From contig NC_086097.1 in assembly GCF_963921235.1 (NCBI RefSeq), positions 101,496,001 through 101,560,000 of the forward strand: a stretch of 64,000 nucleotides of DNA, in the 5' to 3' direction. Below, in pieces: positions 61,827 through 64,000 of the stretch (the stretch's first letter is position 1; each line of letters starts with the position of its first letter). The notes under the pieces are model-generated. The model worked only from the letters and a program-made list of their open reading frames with translations, searched no databases and was not told where the DNA came from. The position numbers and the translations under genes were made by a program. Origin of the DNA: Mobula hypostoma (taxonomy: Eukaryota).

Positions 61827-64000
61827 TAACGTCCGGCTTTGCGGAATTTATCATAAAGTTAACAGGAGGAACGATGAGCAGTGGGGTATTTATACTTTTT
61901 ACGTTAAAAAGTGTGTTTACTGAAGTGGTTGAGTTTGTAGTCGTTAAAGAGAGTTTTAAGAAACATTGATTACTCTTTTGCAAACGTCATAAGTATTTAG
62001 GGAAACTAACGAAAGATTGTGTTTTTGCATACTCATGCCTTGGTTTATTCACGCAAACTGATTAATTAGTTTAAGTTTTCTTGTTGGTGTCAAATGGAGT
62101 TTATTGCCTTATTACGAGGACGGTGAGGTACAGGCACAATGAAAACCTGCTTGAAAACTTGATTTTCATGGAAAAAAAACTTTTAATCAGTTTGTTATTA
62201 TCATGTGTACCGAGATACAGTGAAAAATTTGTATTTCTATGCCATCTATATAGATGATTTCAAAACATCAGTACATTAAAGTAGTTCAAATGGAAAAGCA
62301 ATTGCAGAATGTAGTTACAGTCATGGCAAGTGTGTAGCGTAGGTAGAAAATAAGGTGTATAGGCCCATGACGAAATAGTTAGTGAGATCAGAAGTTCATC
62401 TCATCATATGCCAAGTCCTTTCAAGAATCTTATAGCAGCAACATCAAAGCTCTCCATATGCCTGATGTTTTTCTTAGTTAGCCTAGGGTTATGTGGTGTG
62501 GAATGTACATTTGTCTTTTTTTTAATGTTGTGATGTGGCAATTTGTGGGGGTTGAATCTAATGAAAGTCAACTTGTGTTTTTTGAGGTAATTCAAGCAGT
62601 ATGGTTTGCAGAGATGGGAGTTTATGTCCACAGTGTCTGGTCATAAAGGTTGTCATGAAATTGCAAGATGTGGAATCCCACAAAGATAGCAATTGGTCCT
62701 CAGCTCTTTACAATCTAAATCAAGGCTAGCTGGCAAAATAGAGATATGTAGGGAATTAATAATTGCTACAAAGAGATATGGTATTAAAATCATAAATTTA
62801 CCTCCCAGGAGGGGGAGGGCATTTGGCCCATTATGTCAGCCTAATTCTACCTTCCAATTCTGGGCCCTAGCTTTCCAGAAATTAGACTATTTGACCTTGT
62901 GTGGAGCATTGAGCCCCATTGCTTCCCCTCGACTTCCTGCGGGTTGTACCTCTCACCCACACACTAGCCAATTAACCCAGCAACTTGCTCAGCTTCGGGG
63001 TGTGAGAGGTAAATCATGGGTAAACACAAGATGGACGCTGCTGGATGTCGGGATTGAACTTGGGTCACCGGAGCGACAATTGTGTTACTGGGCTGTTCAA
63101 AGTCTCATCCAAATTCAATTTAAATGTTATGATGGTCGCTTCCTCTAACAGCCAGGCTTCCACCCCACCATCTGAAAGAAACCACTTGGACATATTTTAC
63201 CTCTGATTCTTCTGTCAATTACTTTAATTTTTGATCCTTCTGTTATGAGTGATAGGCCATTCCCATTTATTTCAATTTAGTCCTTCATCTCTACACTTCG
63301 TGAGATTCCCTTTATCCTCATTGTTCTGAAGAAAACAGCACCAGCCTATTCAGTCATTCTATGTATCTGTAGTGTTCCAGCTCCTGCAGTAAATCACCTC
63401 TGAACTCTGAAGTGCAATCACATCTTTAATGTGATGACCAGAACAGTACACAGTATTCAAACTGTGACTTAATATGCACATTGGTTCTCGTATAATTTTC
63501 CAGTCTTGTATTGAGTGCCCTGAGTAATAAAGGAAAATATCTCCTGACTTTTTAATTACTTTATTGACCTATCTTGCTACATGTATGCACTCTCCAAGAT
63601 TCCTTTGTACCTCCACAACAATCAACACCCTGCCATTTATTTTGTATTCCCTTAACTTGTTGCCTATCTCCTGACGGTATTGTCCTGCAGCTCAGGGTTA
63701 AATTCCGTTTGTTCCTCTTCTGCCCATTTGATCAGGTCCTGTATATCTTTTTGAAGTTGAAAGCTTTTCTCTCTCTCTGCCAACCACATGGCCAATTTTT
63801 GTAACATCTGATATTTTTATTACATTACAGTATTACATTTCTATACATGCTGATCTGAATCGTTAATTTGTTTTACAAAAAAGCAAGAAGTCAAGTGCTA
63901 GCTCAATGGAACTCCACAGTTAATAGTCTCCATTCAGAAAAATACCAATTTTCAAGTGCCTCTGCTTCCTAACTAGGCTGATTTTTGGATCGAATATGCG

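Larger units (their letters stand above)
60900..61850. promoter_or_regulatory. CpG-island promoter, probably bidirectional
   Basis: GC/CpG-rich stretch in an otherwise CpG-poor window. ETS/GABP-type cttccgg (about 61312) and acatccgg (about 61329), inverted CCAAT (gattgg about 61525 and 61743), GC box gggcggg (about 61584), YY1-like ATGGCG on both strands (61231 minus, about 61505 plus). Confidence 0.8.

Noticed and set aside
61700..64000. ERH coding exon 2
   Set aside because: No SHTILLVQP-like frame found by eye; the region holds degraded SINE and CR1 remnants.

Overview
Vertebrate genomic DNA, most likely a cartilaginous fish such as a ray or skate (inferred from the repeat content, not proven). 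The window holds one complete protein-coding gene, SLC39A9 (ZIP9 zinc transporter), on the minus strand. It has 7 coding exons (61088-60993, 45174-45066, 28251-28063, 18788-18720, 17049-16964, 12536-12402, 6506-6279), all introns are GT-AG, and the 912-nt CDS encodes 303 aa. A CpG-rich promoter at about 60.9-61.85 kb looks bidirectional and may carry the ATG-only first exon of ERH. The introns are packed with nested transposon fossils: CR1, Rex1/L2-type, RTE, L1/Tx1 and Penelope-like retroelements, Tc1, Tigger/pogo, hAT and Harbinger DNA transposons, and a solo LTR. The most interesting signals are: (1) at least 7 minimal hammerhead-ribozyme motifs in Penelope-derived termini and in TSD-flanked 100-190 bp mini-insertions; (2) an HDV-like ribozyme fold in an RTE-type SINE; (3) a 3-kb 41-bp minisatellite that grew out of a LINE coding segment; (4) inverted and direct repeat pairs bracketing the in-frame exon 3; (5) a ~250-bp palindrome inside a Tigger element. 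Everything was read by eye, with no alignments or database searches, so repeat family names and many repeat boundaries are approximate.
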